The notes below the pieces were generated by a model, which did not search any database, was not told the DNA's origin, and saw only the letters and a list, made by a program, of their open reading frames with translations. A stretch of DNA of 64,000 nt from positions 13,578,001-13,642,000 of the forward strand of contig OZ024749.1 in the NCBI GenBank assembly GCA_964016885.1, written 5' to 3'. This stretch comes from Eledone cirrhosa. Lineage: Eukaryota. Below, in pieces: positions 43,150 through 59,600 of the stretch (position 1 is its first letter; each line of letters begins with the position of its first letter). Both the position numbers and the translations under genes were made by a program.

Positions 43150-43152
<3 letters not shown>
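42477..43152 (+). mobile_element. TA-embedded foldback element, family F4, with degenerate hammerhead
   Basis: 42477-42852, excluding the SINE, is the reverse complement of 42934-43117. The motif ccc-cagttga(~CTGATGA)-t-gga-tgcgaaa-tcc-GAAA-ta-ta-ggg lies at 42911-42946. Confidence 0.75.
42608..42792 (-). mobile_element. SINE family A with 9-bp TSD
   Basis: AAAAATAAT occurs at 42601-42609 and 42793-42801. Confidence 0.9.
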
Positions 43153-43242
<90 letters not shown>

Positions 43243-43445
43243 TAATTGAAATTTCATTTCTCACTCTTACATACTTATATATATATAAATATTTATATAT
43301 ATATCTACAAGAGTGTCTTGAACAGGCTTGTAATCGGGATTTTACATATCTCTGTACCCACTCTACATCTCCCCATCTATCGAGTACTCACATGATTAGT
43401 GGTCTCGTCGGTTTCACAACAACAAACTCTCTCTCTCTCTCTCTC

Positions 43446-43484
<39 letters not shown>

Positions 43485-43798
43485 ACGTGCAAAGAGATAG
43501 ACAGATTGACAGGCGCATAGTCACATATTCGGACATGCGCACAGACGTACAGGGACAAGCGGAGATTTACACACATCAACTTCCTCTTTAGAACCATTTT
43601 CCGTTCAGTTCTAATGAAATACAGATGTTTTGCTGATACTTCCTGTTTAGAAGGGACTTTTAGACAGCAGCAGCAGCACCTAATAACACACACAGACACA
43701 CGAGCACATACATATTTATGTGTATGTATGTACACCGACACACACACATATATATATATATGTGTGTGTGTGTAATATACATATATATATATATACAT

Positions 43799-43841
<43 letters not shown>

Positions 43842-43876
43842 TACATATATATACATATATATATACACACATATAA

Positions 43877-43911
<35 letters not shown>

Positions 43912-43965
43912 ATACACACACATATACATATATATATATATATACATATATATATACATATATAC

Positions 43966-43996
<31 letters not shown>

Positions 43997-44479
43997 CACA
44001 TATAAATATATATATATATATATGTGTAGATATATATATATATATACATGTATACATATATTTATGTGTGTGTAAAGTAAATAAGTTTTTAAAAGCGATA
44101 GATATGCGAGTATTTGTGTGTGTGTAAATGTGCAACTGTCGTGTATGTGTGGTCTGTGTGTGTGTGTGCGTATGTATGTGTATGTGTGGGTGTGTGTGTG
44201 TGTCTGAGGTGTATGTGTGGTGTGTGTGAGGTGTGTGTGTGTGTGAGTGAGGTATGTGTGTGTGTGTGTGTGTATGTGTGTTTGTGTGTATGTGTGTGTG
44301 TGTGTGTATGTGTGTATGTGTGATGTGTGTGTGTGTCTGTGTGTGTGTGTTCACGCAAGCTTTTCGTTGTCGAAGTTTTTCTATCAGTAAGAATTCTCCA
44401 CCTCTCCCCGCCACCACCACAGCTCCTTTCTCCAAATATTCTACGATAAATATAAAAAATTGTGACGTACAGTAATAAC

Positions 44480-44664
44480 TGTTTCTACTTTTGGCACAGG
44501 GCCAGCAATTACTAAGTACATTACTGGTACTTTATTTTATCGACCCCGTAAGGATGAAAGGCAAAGTTAACCTCGACAGGATTTGAACTCAGACCGTAAA
44601 GGGACGTTACTATGCTGGAAAGCATGGCGTCCGGCTCTCTACCGATACTGCCAATCCACCGCCT
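44480..44664 (-). mobile_element. SINE family A with 17-bp TSD at the satellite edge
   Basis: TGACGTACAGTAATAAC occurs at 44463-44479 and 44665-44681. Confidence 0.92.
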
Positions 44665-47600
44665 TGACGTACAGTAATAACCTATGGTATATATAGTCTA
44701 TACAGTATATATGGTATCGTACAGTAATAACCTATGGTATATATAGTCTATACAGTATATATGGTATCGTACAGTAATAAACTATGGTATATATAGTAAA
44801 TACAGTATATATAGAATCGTACAGTAATAAACTATGGTATATATAGTCTATACAGTATATATAGTATCGTAGAGTAAGAACCTATGGTATATATAGTCTA
44901 TACAGTATATATGGTATCGTACAGTAATAACCTATGGTATATATAGTCTATACAGTATATATGATATCGTACAGTAATAACCTATGGTATATATAGTCTA
45001 TACAGTATATATGGTATCGTACAGTAATAAACTATGGTATATATAGTCTAGACAGTATATATGGTATCGTACAGTAATAACCTATGGTATATATAGTCTA
45101 TACAGTATATATGGTATCGTACAGTAATAAACTATGGTATATATAGTCTATACAGTATATATGGTATCGTACAGTAATAACCTAATGTATATATAGTCTA
45201 TACAGTATGTATGGTATCGGACAGTAATAACCTATGGTATATATAGTCTATACAGTATATATGATATCGTACAGTAATAAACTATGGTATATATAGTCTA
45301 TAGAGTATATATGATATCGTACAGTAATAACCTATGGTATATATAGTCTATACAATATATATAGTATCGGACAGTAATAACCTATGGTATATATAGTCTA
45401 TACAGTATATATAGTATCGTACAGTAATAACCTATGGTATATATAGTCTATACAGTATATATGGTATCGTACAGTATTAATCTATGGTATATATAGTCTA
45501 TACAGTATATATGGTATCGTACAGTAACAACCTATTGTATATATAGTCTATACAGTATATATGGTATCGTACAGTAACAACCTATTGTATATATAGTCTA
45601 TACAGTATATATAGTATCGTACAGTAATAACCTATGGTATATATTGTCTATACAGTATATATGGTATCGTACAGTAATAAACTATGGTATATATAGTCTA
45701 TACAGTATGTATGGTATCGTACAGTAATAATCTATGGTATATATAGTCTATACAGTAATAACCTATTTTATATATAGTATATACAGTATATATAGTATTG
45801 TACAGTAATAACCTATTGTATATATAGTCTATACAGTATATATATAGTATCGTACAGTAATAAACTATGGTATATATAGTCCATACACTATATATGGTAT
45901 CGTACAGTAATAAACTATGGTATATATAGTCCATACACTATATATGTTATCGTATAGTAATAAACTATGGTATATATAGTCTATAGAGTATATATGGTAT
46001 CGTACAGTAATAATCTATGTTATATATAGTCTATAGAGTATATATGATATCGTAGAGTAATAAACTATGGTATATATAGTCGATACAGTATATATGGTAT
46101 CGTACAGTAAAAATCTATGGTATATATAGTCTATACAATATATATAGTATCGTACAGTAATAACCTATGGTATATATAGTCCATACACTATATATAGTAT
46201 CGTACAGTAATAACCTATGGTATATATAGTCCATACACTATATATGTTATCGTATAGTAATAAACTATGGTATATATAGTCTATACAGTATATATGGTAT
46301 CGTACATTAATAACCTATGTTATATATAGTCTATAGAGTATATATGATATCGTAGAGTAATAAACTATGGTATATATAGTCTATAGAGTATATATGGTAT
46401 CGTACAGTGATAAACTATGGTATATATAGTATATACAGTATATATGGGTTCGTACAATAATAACCTATGGTATATATAGTCTATACAGTATATGTTATAT
46501 CGTACAATAATGATCTATGGTATATATAGTCTATACAGTATATATGGTATCGTACAGTAATAACCTATGGTATATATAGTCTATACAGTATATATGGTAT
46601 CGTACAGTAATAAACTATGGTATATATAGTCTATATATTATATATGGTATCGTACAGTAATAAGCTATGGTATATATAGTCTATACAGTATATATGGTAT
46701 CGTATAGTAATAACATATGGTATATATAGACTATACAATATATATAGTATCGTACAGTAATAACCTATTGTATATATAGCATATACAGTATATATGGTAT
46801 CGTACAGTAATAACCTATGGTATATATAGTCTATACAGTATATATGGTATCTTACAGTAATAAACTATGGTATATATAGTCTAGACAGTATATATGGTAT
46901 CGTACAGCAATAATCTATGGTATATATAGTCTATACAGTATATATAGTATCGTACAGTAATAACCTATGGTATATATAGTAGATACAGTATATATAGTAT
47001 CGTACAGTAATAAACTATGGTATATATAGTCTATACAGTATATTTAGTATCGTACACTAATAAACTATGGTATATATAGTCTATAGAGTATATATGGTAT
47101 CGTACAGTAATAAACTATGGTATATATAGTCGATACAGTATATATAGTATCGTAGAGTAAGAACCTATAGTATATATAGTCTATACAGTATATATGGTAT
47201 CGTACAGTAATAACCTATGGTATATATAGTCTATACAGTATATACGGTATCGTACAGTAATAAACTATGGTATATATAGTCTATAGAGTATATATGATAT
47301 CGTACGTTAATAACCTATGGTATATATATAGTATATACAGTATGTATGGTATCGTACAGTAATAACCTATGGTATATATAGTCTATACAGTATATATGGT
47401 ATCGTACAGTAATAAACTATGGTATATATAGTCTATAGAGTATATATGATATCGTACAGTAATAACCTATGGTATATATAGTCTATACAATATATATAGT
47501 ATCGTACAGTAATAACCTATGGTATTAGTATAGATGATATTGTACAGTAATAACCTATTGTATATATAGTCTATACAGTATATATAGTATTGTACAGTAA

Positions 47601-50600
47601 TAACCTATGGTATATATAGTCTATACAGTATATATGGTATCGTACAGTAATAATCTATGGTATATATAGTCTATACAGTATATATAGTATCGTACAGTAA
47701 TAACCTATGGTATATATAGTCGATACAGTATATATATAGTATCGTACAGTAATAACCTATGGTATATATAGTCTATACAGTATATTTAGTATCGTACAGT
47801 AATAACCTATGGTATATATAGTCTATACAGTATATATAGTATCGTACAGTAATAACCTATGCTATATATAGTCTATACAGTAATAACCTATGGTATATAT
47901 AGTCTATACAGTTTGTATGGTATCGTACAGTAATAAACTATGGTATATATAGTCTATACAGTATATATAGTATCGTACAGTAATAACCTATGGTATATAT
48001 AGTCTATACAGTATATATAGTATCGTACAGTAATAACCTACTGTATATATAGACTATACAGTATATATGGTATCGTACAGTAATAATCTATGATATATAT
48101 AGTCTATACAGTATATATAGTATCGTACAGTAATAACCTATGGTATATATAGTCTATAGAGTATATATGGTATCATACAGTAATAATCTATGGTATATAT
48201 AGTCTATACAGTATATATAGTATCGTACAGTAATAACCTATGGTATATATAGTCTATACAGTATATATGATATCGTACAGTAATAACATATGGTATATAT
48301 AGTCTATACAGTATATATAGTATCGTACAGTAATAACCTATGGTATATATAGTCTATACAGTATATATGATATCGTACTGTAATAACCTATTGTATATAT
48401 AGTCTATACAGTATATATAGTATCGTACAGTAATAACCTATGGTATATATAGTCTATACAATATATATGGTATCGTACAGTAATAATCTATGGTATATAT
48501 AGTCTATACAGTATATATAGTATCGTACAGTAATAACCTATGGTATATATAGTCTATACAGTATATATAGTATCGTACAGTAATAACCTATGGTATATAC
48601 AGTCTATACAGTATATATGGTATCGTACAGTAATAAACTATGGTATATATAGTCTATACAGTATATATGGTATTGTACAGTAATAACATATGGTATATAT
48701 AGTCTATACACTATATATGGTATCGTACAGTAATAAACTATGGTATATATAGTCTATACAGTATATATGGTATCATACAGTAATAACCTGTTGTATATAT
48801 AGTCTATACAGTATATTTAGTATCGTACAGTAATAAATTATGGTATATATAGTCTATACAGTATATATAGTATCGTACAGTAATAACCTATGGTATATAT
48901 AGTCTATACAGTATATATGGTATCGTACAGTAATAACCTATGCTATATATAGCCTATACAGTATATATAGTATCGTACAGTAATAACCTAATGTATATAT
49001 AGTCTATACAGTATGTATGTTATCGTACAGTAATAAACTATGGTATATATAGTCTATACAGTATATATGTTATCGTACAGTCATAACCTATGGTATATAT
49101 AGTCTATACAGTATATATGGTATCGTACAGTAATAAACTATGGGATATATAGTCTATACAGTATATATGGTATCGTACAGTGATAAACTATGGTATATAT
49201 AGTCTATACAGTATATATGGTTTCGTACAGTAATAACCTATTGTATATAGTCTATACAGTATATATGATATCGTACAGTAATAACCTATGGTATATATAT
49301 TATATCCAGTATATATGATATCGTACAGTAATAACCTATGGTATATATATAGTATATACAGTATATATGGTATCGTACAGTAACAACCTATGGTATATAT
49401 AATCTATACAGTATATATGGTATCGTACAGTAATAACCTATCGTATATATAGTATATACAGTATAGATAGTATCGTACAATAATAAACTATGGTATATAT
49501 AGTCTATACAGTATATATGATATCGTACAGTAATAATATATGGTATATATAGTCTATAGAGTATATATGATATCGTACAGTAATAAGCTATGGTATATAT
49601 AGTCTATACAGTATATATAGTATCGTACAATAATAAACTATGGTATATATAGTCTATACAGTATATATAGTATCGTACAGTAATAACCTATGGTATATAT
49701 AGTCTATACAGTATATATGCTATCGTACAATAATAGACTATGTTATATATAGTCTATACAGTATATATGGTATCGTACAGTAATATCATATGGTATATAT
49801 AGTCTATACAGTATATATGGTATCGTACAGTAATAAACTATGGTATATATAGTCTATACAGTATATATGGTATCGTACAGTAATAACCTATAGTATATAT
49901 AGTCTATACAGTATATATGGTATCGTACAGTAATAAACTATGGTATATATAGTCTATACAGTATATATAGTATCGTACAGTAATAACCTACTGTATATAA
50001 AGTCTATACAGAATATATGGTATCGTAGTGTAATAACCTATGGTATATATAGTCTATACAGTATGTATGGTATCGTACAGTAATAATCTATGGTATATAT
50101 AGTCTATACAGTGTATATAGTATCGTACAGTAATTACCTATGGTATATATAGTCTATACAGTATATTTAGTATCGTACAGTAATAAACTATGGTATATAT
50201 AGTCTATACAGTATATATAGTATCGTACAGTAATAACCTATGCTATATATAGTCTATACAGTATATATGGTATCGTACAGTAATAACCTATGTTATATAT
50301 AGTCTATACAGTATATATGGTATCGTACAGTAATAAACTATGGTATATATAGTCTATACAGTATATATAGTATCGTACAGTAATAACCTATTGTATATAT
50401 AGTCTATACAGTATATATGGTATCGTACAGTGATAAACTATGGTATATATAGTCTATACAGTATATATTATATCGTACATTAATAACCTGTGGTATATAT
50501 AATCTATACAGTATATATGGTATCGTACAGTAATAATCTATGGTTTATATAGTCTATACAGTATATATAGTATCGTACAGTAATAATCTATGGTTTATAT

Positions 50601-53600
50601 AGTCTATACAGTATATTTTGTATCGTACAGTAATAATCTATGGTATATATAGTCTATACAGTATATATGGTATCGTACAGTATTAATCTATGGTATATAT
50701 AGTCTATACAGTATATATGGTATCGTACAGTTAGAACCTGCGGTATATATAGTCTATACAGTATATATGGTATCATACAGTAATAAACTATGGCATATAT
50801 AGTCTATACAGTATATATGGTATCGTACAGTAATAACCTATTGTATATATATACTATACAGTATATATGGTATCGTACAGTAATAACCTATTGCATATAT
50901 AGTCTATACAATATATATGGTATCGTACAGTAATAACATATGGTATATATAGTCTATAAAGTATATATAGTATCGTACAGTAATAACCTATGGTATATAT
51001 TGTCTATACAGTATATATGATATCGTACATTAATAATAACCTATTGTATATATAGTCGATACAGTATATATAGTATCGTACAGTAATAACCTATAGTATA
51101 TATAGTCTATACAGTATATATGGTATCGTACAGTAATAATCTATGGTATATATAGTCTATACAGTATATATAGTATCGTACAGTAATAACCTATGGTATA
51201 TATAGTCTATACAGTATATATATAGTATCGTACAGTAATAACCTATTGTATATATAGTCTATACAGTATATACGATATAGTACAGTAATAACCTATGGTA
51301 TATATAGTCTATACAGTATATATGAATTCGTACAGTAATAACCTATGGTATATATAGTATATACAGTATATATGGTATCGTACAGTAACAACCTATGGTA
51401 TATATAGTCTATACAGTATATATGGTGTCGTACAGTAATAACCTCTGGTATATATAGTCTATACAGTATATATAGTATCGTACAGTAATAACCTATGGTA
51501 TATATTGTCTATACAGTATGTATGATATCGTACAGTAATAAAATGTTTTTGTATATATAGTCTATACAGTATATATAGTATCGTACAGTAATAACCTATG
51601 GTATATATAGTCTATACAGTGTATATAGTATCGTACAGTAATAACCTATGGTATATATAGTCTATACAGTATATATGGTATCGTACAGTAATAATCTATG
51701 GTATATATAGTCTATACAGTATATTTAGTATCGTACAGTAATAACCTATGGTATATATAGTCTATACAGTATATATGGTATCGTACAGTAATAACCTATG
51801 CTATATATAGTCTATACAGTAATAACCTATGGTATATATAGTCTATACAGTATGTATGGTATCGTACAGTAATAAACTATGGTATATATAGTCTATACAG
51901 TATATATAGTATCGTACAGTAATAACCTATGGTATATATAGTCTATACAGTATATATAGTATCGTACAGTAATAACCTACTGTATATATAGTCTATACCG
52001 TATATATGGTATCGTACAGTAATAATCTATGATATATATAGTCTATACAGTATATAGAGTATCGTACAGTAATAACCTATGGTATATATAGTCTATACAG
52101 TATATATGGTATCGTACAGTAATAATCTATGGTATATATAGTCTATACAGTATATATAGTATCGTACAGTAATAACCTATGGTATATATAGTCTATACAG
52201 TATACATGCTATCGTACAGTAATAAAAAAAAGGTATATATAGTCTATACAGTATATATGGTATCGTACAGTATTAATCTATGGTATATATAGTCTATACA
52301 GTATATATGATATCGTACAGTAATAACCTGCGGTATATATAGTCTATAGAATATATATAATATCGTACAGTAATAACCTATGGTATATATAGTCTATACT
52401 GTATGTATGGTATCGTACAGTAATAATCTATGGTATATATAGTCTATACAGTATATATAGTATCGTACAGTAATAAACTATGGTATATATAGTCTATACA
52501 GTATATTTTGTATCGTACAGTAATAAACTATGGTATATATAGTCTATACAGTATATATAGTATCGTACAGTAATAACCTATGGTATATATAGTCTATACA
52601 GTATATATGTTATCGTACAGTAATAACCTATGGTATATATAGTCTATAGAGTATATATGGTATCGTACAGTAATAAACTATGGTATATATAGTCTATACA
52701 GTATATATGGTATCTTACAGTGATAAACTATGGTATATATAGTCTATACAGTATATATGGTTTCGTACAGTAATAACCTATTGTATATATAGTCTATACA
52801 GTATATACGATATAGTACAGTAATAACCTATGGTATATATAGTCTATACAGTATATATGAAATCGTACAGTAATAGCCTATGGTATATATAGTATATACA
52901 GTATATATGGTATCGTACAGTAACAACCTATGGTATATATAGTCTATACAGTATATATGGTGTCGTACAGTAATAACCTCTGGTATATATAGTCTATACA
53001 GTATATATAGTATCGTACAGTAATAACCAATGGTATATATTGTCTATACAGTATATATGATATCGTACAGTAATAACCTATTGTATATATAGTCTATACA
53101 GTATATATAGTATCGTACAGTAATAACCTATGGTATATATAGTCTATACAGTATATATGGTATCGTACAGTAATAATCTATGGTATATATAGTCTATACA
53201 GTATATATAGTATCATACAGTAATAACCTATGGTATATATAGTCTATAAAGTATATATAGTATCGTACAGTAATTACCTATTGTATATATAGTCTATACA
53301 GTATATATGATATTGTACAGTAATAACCTATTGTATATATAGTCTATACAGTATATATAGTATCGTACAGTAATAACCTATGGTATATATAGTCTATACA
53401 GTATATATGGTATCGTACAGTAATAACCTATGGTATATATAGTCTATACAGTATATATAGTATCGTACAGTAATAACCTATGGTATATATAGTCTATACA
53501 GTATATATAGTATCGTACAGTAATAACCTATGGTATATATAGTCTATACAGTATATTTAGTATCGTACAGTAATAACCTATGGTATATATAGTCCATACA

Positions 53601-56600
53601 GTATATATGGTATCGTACAGTAATAACCTATGCTATATATAGTCTATACAGTAATAATCTATGGTATATATAGTCTATACAGTATATATAGTATCGTACA
53701 GTATTAACCTATGGTATATATAGTCTATACAGTATATATGCTATCGTTCAGTATTAATCTATGGTATATATAGTCTATACAGTATATATGGTATCGTACA
53801 GTAATAACCTGCGGTATATATAGTCTATAGAGTATATATGATATCGTACAGTAATAACCTATTGTATATATAGTCTATACAGTATATACGATATAGTACA
53901 GTAATAACCTATGGTATATATAGTCTATACAGTATATATGAAATCGTACAGTAATAACCTATGGTATATATAGTATATACAGTATGTATGGTATCGTACA
54001 GTAACAACCTATGGTATATATAGTCTATACAGTATATATGGTGTCGTACAGTAATAACCTCTGGTATATATAGTCTATACAGTATATATAGTATCGTACA
54101 GTAATAACCAATGGTATATATTGTCTATACAGTATATGTGATATCGTACAGTAATAACCTATTGTATATATAGTCTATACAGTATATATAGTATCGTACA
54201 GTAATAACCTATGGTATATATAGTCTATACAGTATATATGGTATCGTACAGTAATAATCTATGGTATATATAGTCTATACAGTATATGTAGTATCATACA
54301 GTAATAACCTATGGTATATATAGTCTATAAAGTATATATAGTATCGTACAGTAATTACCTATTGTATATATAGTCTATACAGTATATATGATATTGTACA
54401 GTAATAACCTATTGTATATATAGTCTATACAGTATATATAGTATCGTACAGTAATAACCTATGGTATATATAGTCTATACAGTATATATTGTATCGTACA
54501 GTAATAATCTATGGTATATATAGTCTATACACTATATATAGTATCGTACAGTAATAACCTATGGTATATATAGTCTATACAGTATATATAGTATCGTACA
54601 GTAATAACCTATCGTATATATAGTCTATACAGTATATTTAGTATCGTACAGTAATAACCTATGGTATATATAGTCCATACAGTATATATGGTATCGTACA
54701 GTAATAACCTATGCTATATATAGTCTATACAGTAATAATCTATGGTATATATAGTCTATACAGTATATATAGTATCGTACAGTATTAACCTATGGTATAT
54801 ATAGTCTATACAGTATATATGCTATCGTACAGTAATAAAAAAAAAGTTAAATATAGTCTATACAGTATATATGGTATCGTACAGTATTAATCTATGGTAT
54901 ATATAGTCTATACAGTATATATGGTATCGTACAGCAATAACCTGCGATATATATAGTCTATAGAGTATATATGATATCGTACAGTAATAACCTATTGTAT
55001 ATATTGTCTATACAGTATATACGATATAGTACAGTAATAACCTATGGTATATATAGTCTATACAGTATATATGAAATCGTACAGTAATAACCTATGGTAT
55101 ATATAGTATATACAGTATATATAGTATCGTACAGTAACAACCTATGGTATATATAGTCTATACAGTATATATGGTTTCGTACAGTAATAACCTCTGGTAT
55201 ATATAGTCTATAGAGTATATATAGTATCGTACAGTAATAACCTATGGTATATATTGTCTATACAGTATATATGATATCGTACAGTAATAACCTATTGTAT
55301 ATATAGTCTATACAGTATATATAGTATCGTACAGTAATAACCTATGGTATATATAATCTATACAGTATAGATAGTATCGTACAGTAATAAGCTATGGTAT
55401 ATATAGTCTATACAGTATATATAGTATCGTACAATAATAAACTATGGTATATATAGTATATACAGTATATATGGTATCGTACAGTAATAAACTATGGTAT
55501 ATATAATCTATAGAGTATATATGGTATCGTACAGTAATAAACTATGGTATATATAGTCTATACAGTATACATGGTATCGTACAGTAATAACCTATAGTAT
55601 ATATAGTCTATACAGTATATATGTTATCGTACAGTAATAAAGTATGGTATATATAGTCTATACAGTATATATAGTATCGTACAGTAATAACCTACTGTAT
55701 ATATATAGTCTATACAGTATATATGGTACCTACAGTAGAAACCTATGGTATATATAACCTATACAGTATATTTAGTTTCGTACAGTAATAAACTATGGTA
55801 TATATAGTCTATACAGTATATATAGTATCATACAGTAATAACCTATGGTATATATAGTCTATACAGTATATATGGTATCGTACAGTAATAACCTATGGTA
55901 TATATAGTCTATACAGTATGTATGGTATCGTACAGTAATAACCTATGGTATATATAGTCTATACAGTATATATGATATCGTACAGTAATAACCTATGGTA
56001 TATATAGTCTATACAGTATATATTATATCGTACAGTAATAACCTATGGTATATATAGTCTATACAGTATATATGATATCGTACAGTAATAACCTATGGCA
56101 TATATAATATATACAGTATATATGGTATCGTACAGTAATAAACTCTGGGTTATATAGTCTATGCAGTATATATGGAATCGTACAGTAATAACATATGGTA
56201 TATATAATATATACAGTATATATGGTATCGTACAGTAATAAACTCTGGGTTATATAGTCTATACAGTATATATGGAATCGTACAGTAATAAACTATGGTA
56301 TATATAGACTATACAGTATATATGATATCGTACAGTAATAACCTATGTTAATATATATAGTATATACAGTATATATGGTATCGTACTGTAACAACCTATG
56401 ATATATATAGTATATACAGTATATATGGTATCGTACAGTAATAACCTATTGTATATATAGTATATAGTATATAGATAGTGTCGTACAGTAATAAGCTATT
56501 GTATATATAGTCTATACAGTATATATGTTATCGTACAGTAATAAACTATGGTATATATAGTCTATACAGTATATATAGTATCGTACAGTAATAACCTATT

Positions 56601-59600
56601 GTATATATAGTCTATACAGTATGTATGGTATCGTACAGTAATAAACTATGGTATATATAGTCTATACAGTATATATGGTATCGTACAGTAATAACCTATT
56701 GTATATATAGATTATACAGTATATATGGTATCGTACAGTAATAACCTATTGTATATATAGTCTATACAGTATATATTGTATCGTACAGTAATAACATATG
56801 GTATATATAGTCTATACAGTATATATAGTATCGTACAGTAATAACCTAAGGTATATATTGTCTATACAGTATATATGATATCGTACAGTAATAACATATG
56901 GTATATATAGTCTATACAGTATATATAGTATTCTTACAGTAATAACCTATGGTATATATAGTCTATACAGTATATATAGTATCGTACAGTAATAACCTAT
57001 GGTATATATAGTCAATACAGTATATTTAGTATCGTACAGTAATAAATTATGGTATATATAGTCTATACAGTATATATAGTATCGTACAGTAATAACCTAT
57101 GGTATATATAATCTATAGAGTATGTATGGTATCGTACAGTAATAAACTATGGTATATATAGTATATACAGTATATATGGTATCGTACAGTAATAACCTAT
57201 GGTATATATAGTCTATACAGTATATATGGTATCGTACAGTAATAACCTACTGTATATATAGACTATACAGTATATATGGTATCGTACAGTAATAATATAT
57301 GGTATATATAGTCTATACAGTATATATAGTATCGTACAGTAATAACCTATGGTATATATAGTCTATACAATATATATAGTATCGTGCAGTAATAACCTAT
57401 AGTATATATAGTCTATACAGTATATATGGTATCGTACAGTAATAACCTATAGTATATATAGTCTATACAGTATGTATGGTATTGTACAGTAATAAACTAT
57501 GGTATATATAGTCTATACAGTATATATGGTATCATACAGTAATAAACTATGGTATATATAGTCTATACAGTATATATGCTATCGTACAGTAATAAAAAAA
57601 AAAGGTATATATAGTCTATACAGTATAGATGGTATCGTACAGTATTAATCTATGGTATATATAGTCTATACAGTATATATGGTATCGTACAGTAATAACC
57701 TGCGGTATATATAGTCTATACAGTATATATGATATCGTACAGTAATAACCTATGGTATATATAGTCTATACAGTATATATAGTATCGTACAGTAATAACC
57801 TATGGTATATATAGTCTATACAGTATGTATGGTATCGTACAGTAATAATCTATGGTATATATAGTCTATACAGTATATATAGTATCGTACAGTAATAAAC
57901 TATGGTATATATAGTCTATACAGTATATTTTGTATCGTACAGTAATAAACTATGGTATATATAGTCTATACAGTATATATAATATCGTACAGTAATAACC
58001 TATGGTATATATAGTCTATACAGTATATATGTTATCGTACAGTAATAACCTATGGTATATATAGTCTATAGAGTATATATGGTATCGTACAGTAATAAAC
58101 TATGGTATATATAGTCTATACAGTATATATGGTATCGTACAGTGATAAACTATGGTATATATAGTCTATACAGTATATATAGTATCGTACAGTAATAACC
58201 TATGGTATATATAGTCTATAAAGTATATATAGAATCGTACAGTAATAACCTATGGTATATATAGTCTATACATTATATATGATATCGTACAGTAATAACC
58301 TATGGTATATATAATCTATACAGTATAGATAGTATCGTACAGTAATAAGCTATGGTATATATAGTCTATACAGTATATATAGTATCGTACAATAATAAAC
58401 TATGGTATATATAGTCTATACAGTATATATGGTATCGTACAGTAATAAACTATGGTATGTATAGTCTATATCGTATATATGGTATCGTACAGTAATAAAC
58501 TATGGTATATATAGTCTATACAGTATACATGGTATCGTACAGTAATAACCTATAGTATATATAGTCTATACAGAATATATGTTATCGTACAGTAATAAAC
58601 TATGGTATATATAGTCTATACAGTATATATAGTATCGTACAGTAATAACCTACTGTATATATAGTCCATACAGTATATATGGTACGTACAGTAGAAACGT
58701 ATGGTATATATAACCTATACAGTATATTTAGTATCGTACAGTAATAAATTATGGTATATATAGTCTATACAGTATATATAGTATCATACAGTAATAACCT
58801 ATGGTATATATAGTCTATACAGTATGTATGGTATCGTACAGTAATAAACTATGGTATATATAGTCTATACAGTATATATGGTATCGTACAGTAATAACCT
58901 ATTGTATATATAGATTATACAGTATATATGGTATCGTACAGTAATAACCTATTGTATATATAGTCTATACAGTATATATTGTATCGTACAGTAATAACAT
59001 ATGGTATATATAGTCTATACAGTATATATAGTATCGTACAGTAATAACCTAAGGTATATATTGTCTATACAGTATATATGATATCGTACAGTAATAACAT
59101 ATGGTATATATAGTCTATACAGTATATATAGTATTCTTACAGTAATAACCTATGGTATATATAGTCTATACTATATATATAGTATCGTACAGTAATAACC
59201 TATGGTATATATAGTTTATACAGTATATTTAGTATCGTACAGTAATAAATTATGGTATATATAGTCGATACAGTATATATAATATCGTACACTAATAACC
59301 TATGGTATATATAGTCTATACAGTATATATGGTATCGTACAGTAATAACCTATGCTATATATAGTCTATACAGTATATATAGTATCGTACAGTAATAACC
59401 TATGGTATATATAATCTATAGAGTATGTATGGTATCGTACAGTAATAAACTATGGTATATATAGTATATACAGTATATATGGTATCGTACAGTAATAACC
59501 TATGGTATATATAGTCTATACAGTATATATGGTATCGTACAGTAATAACCTACTGTATATATAGTCTATACAGTATATATGGTATCGTACAGTAATAATA

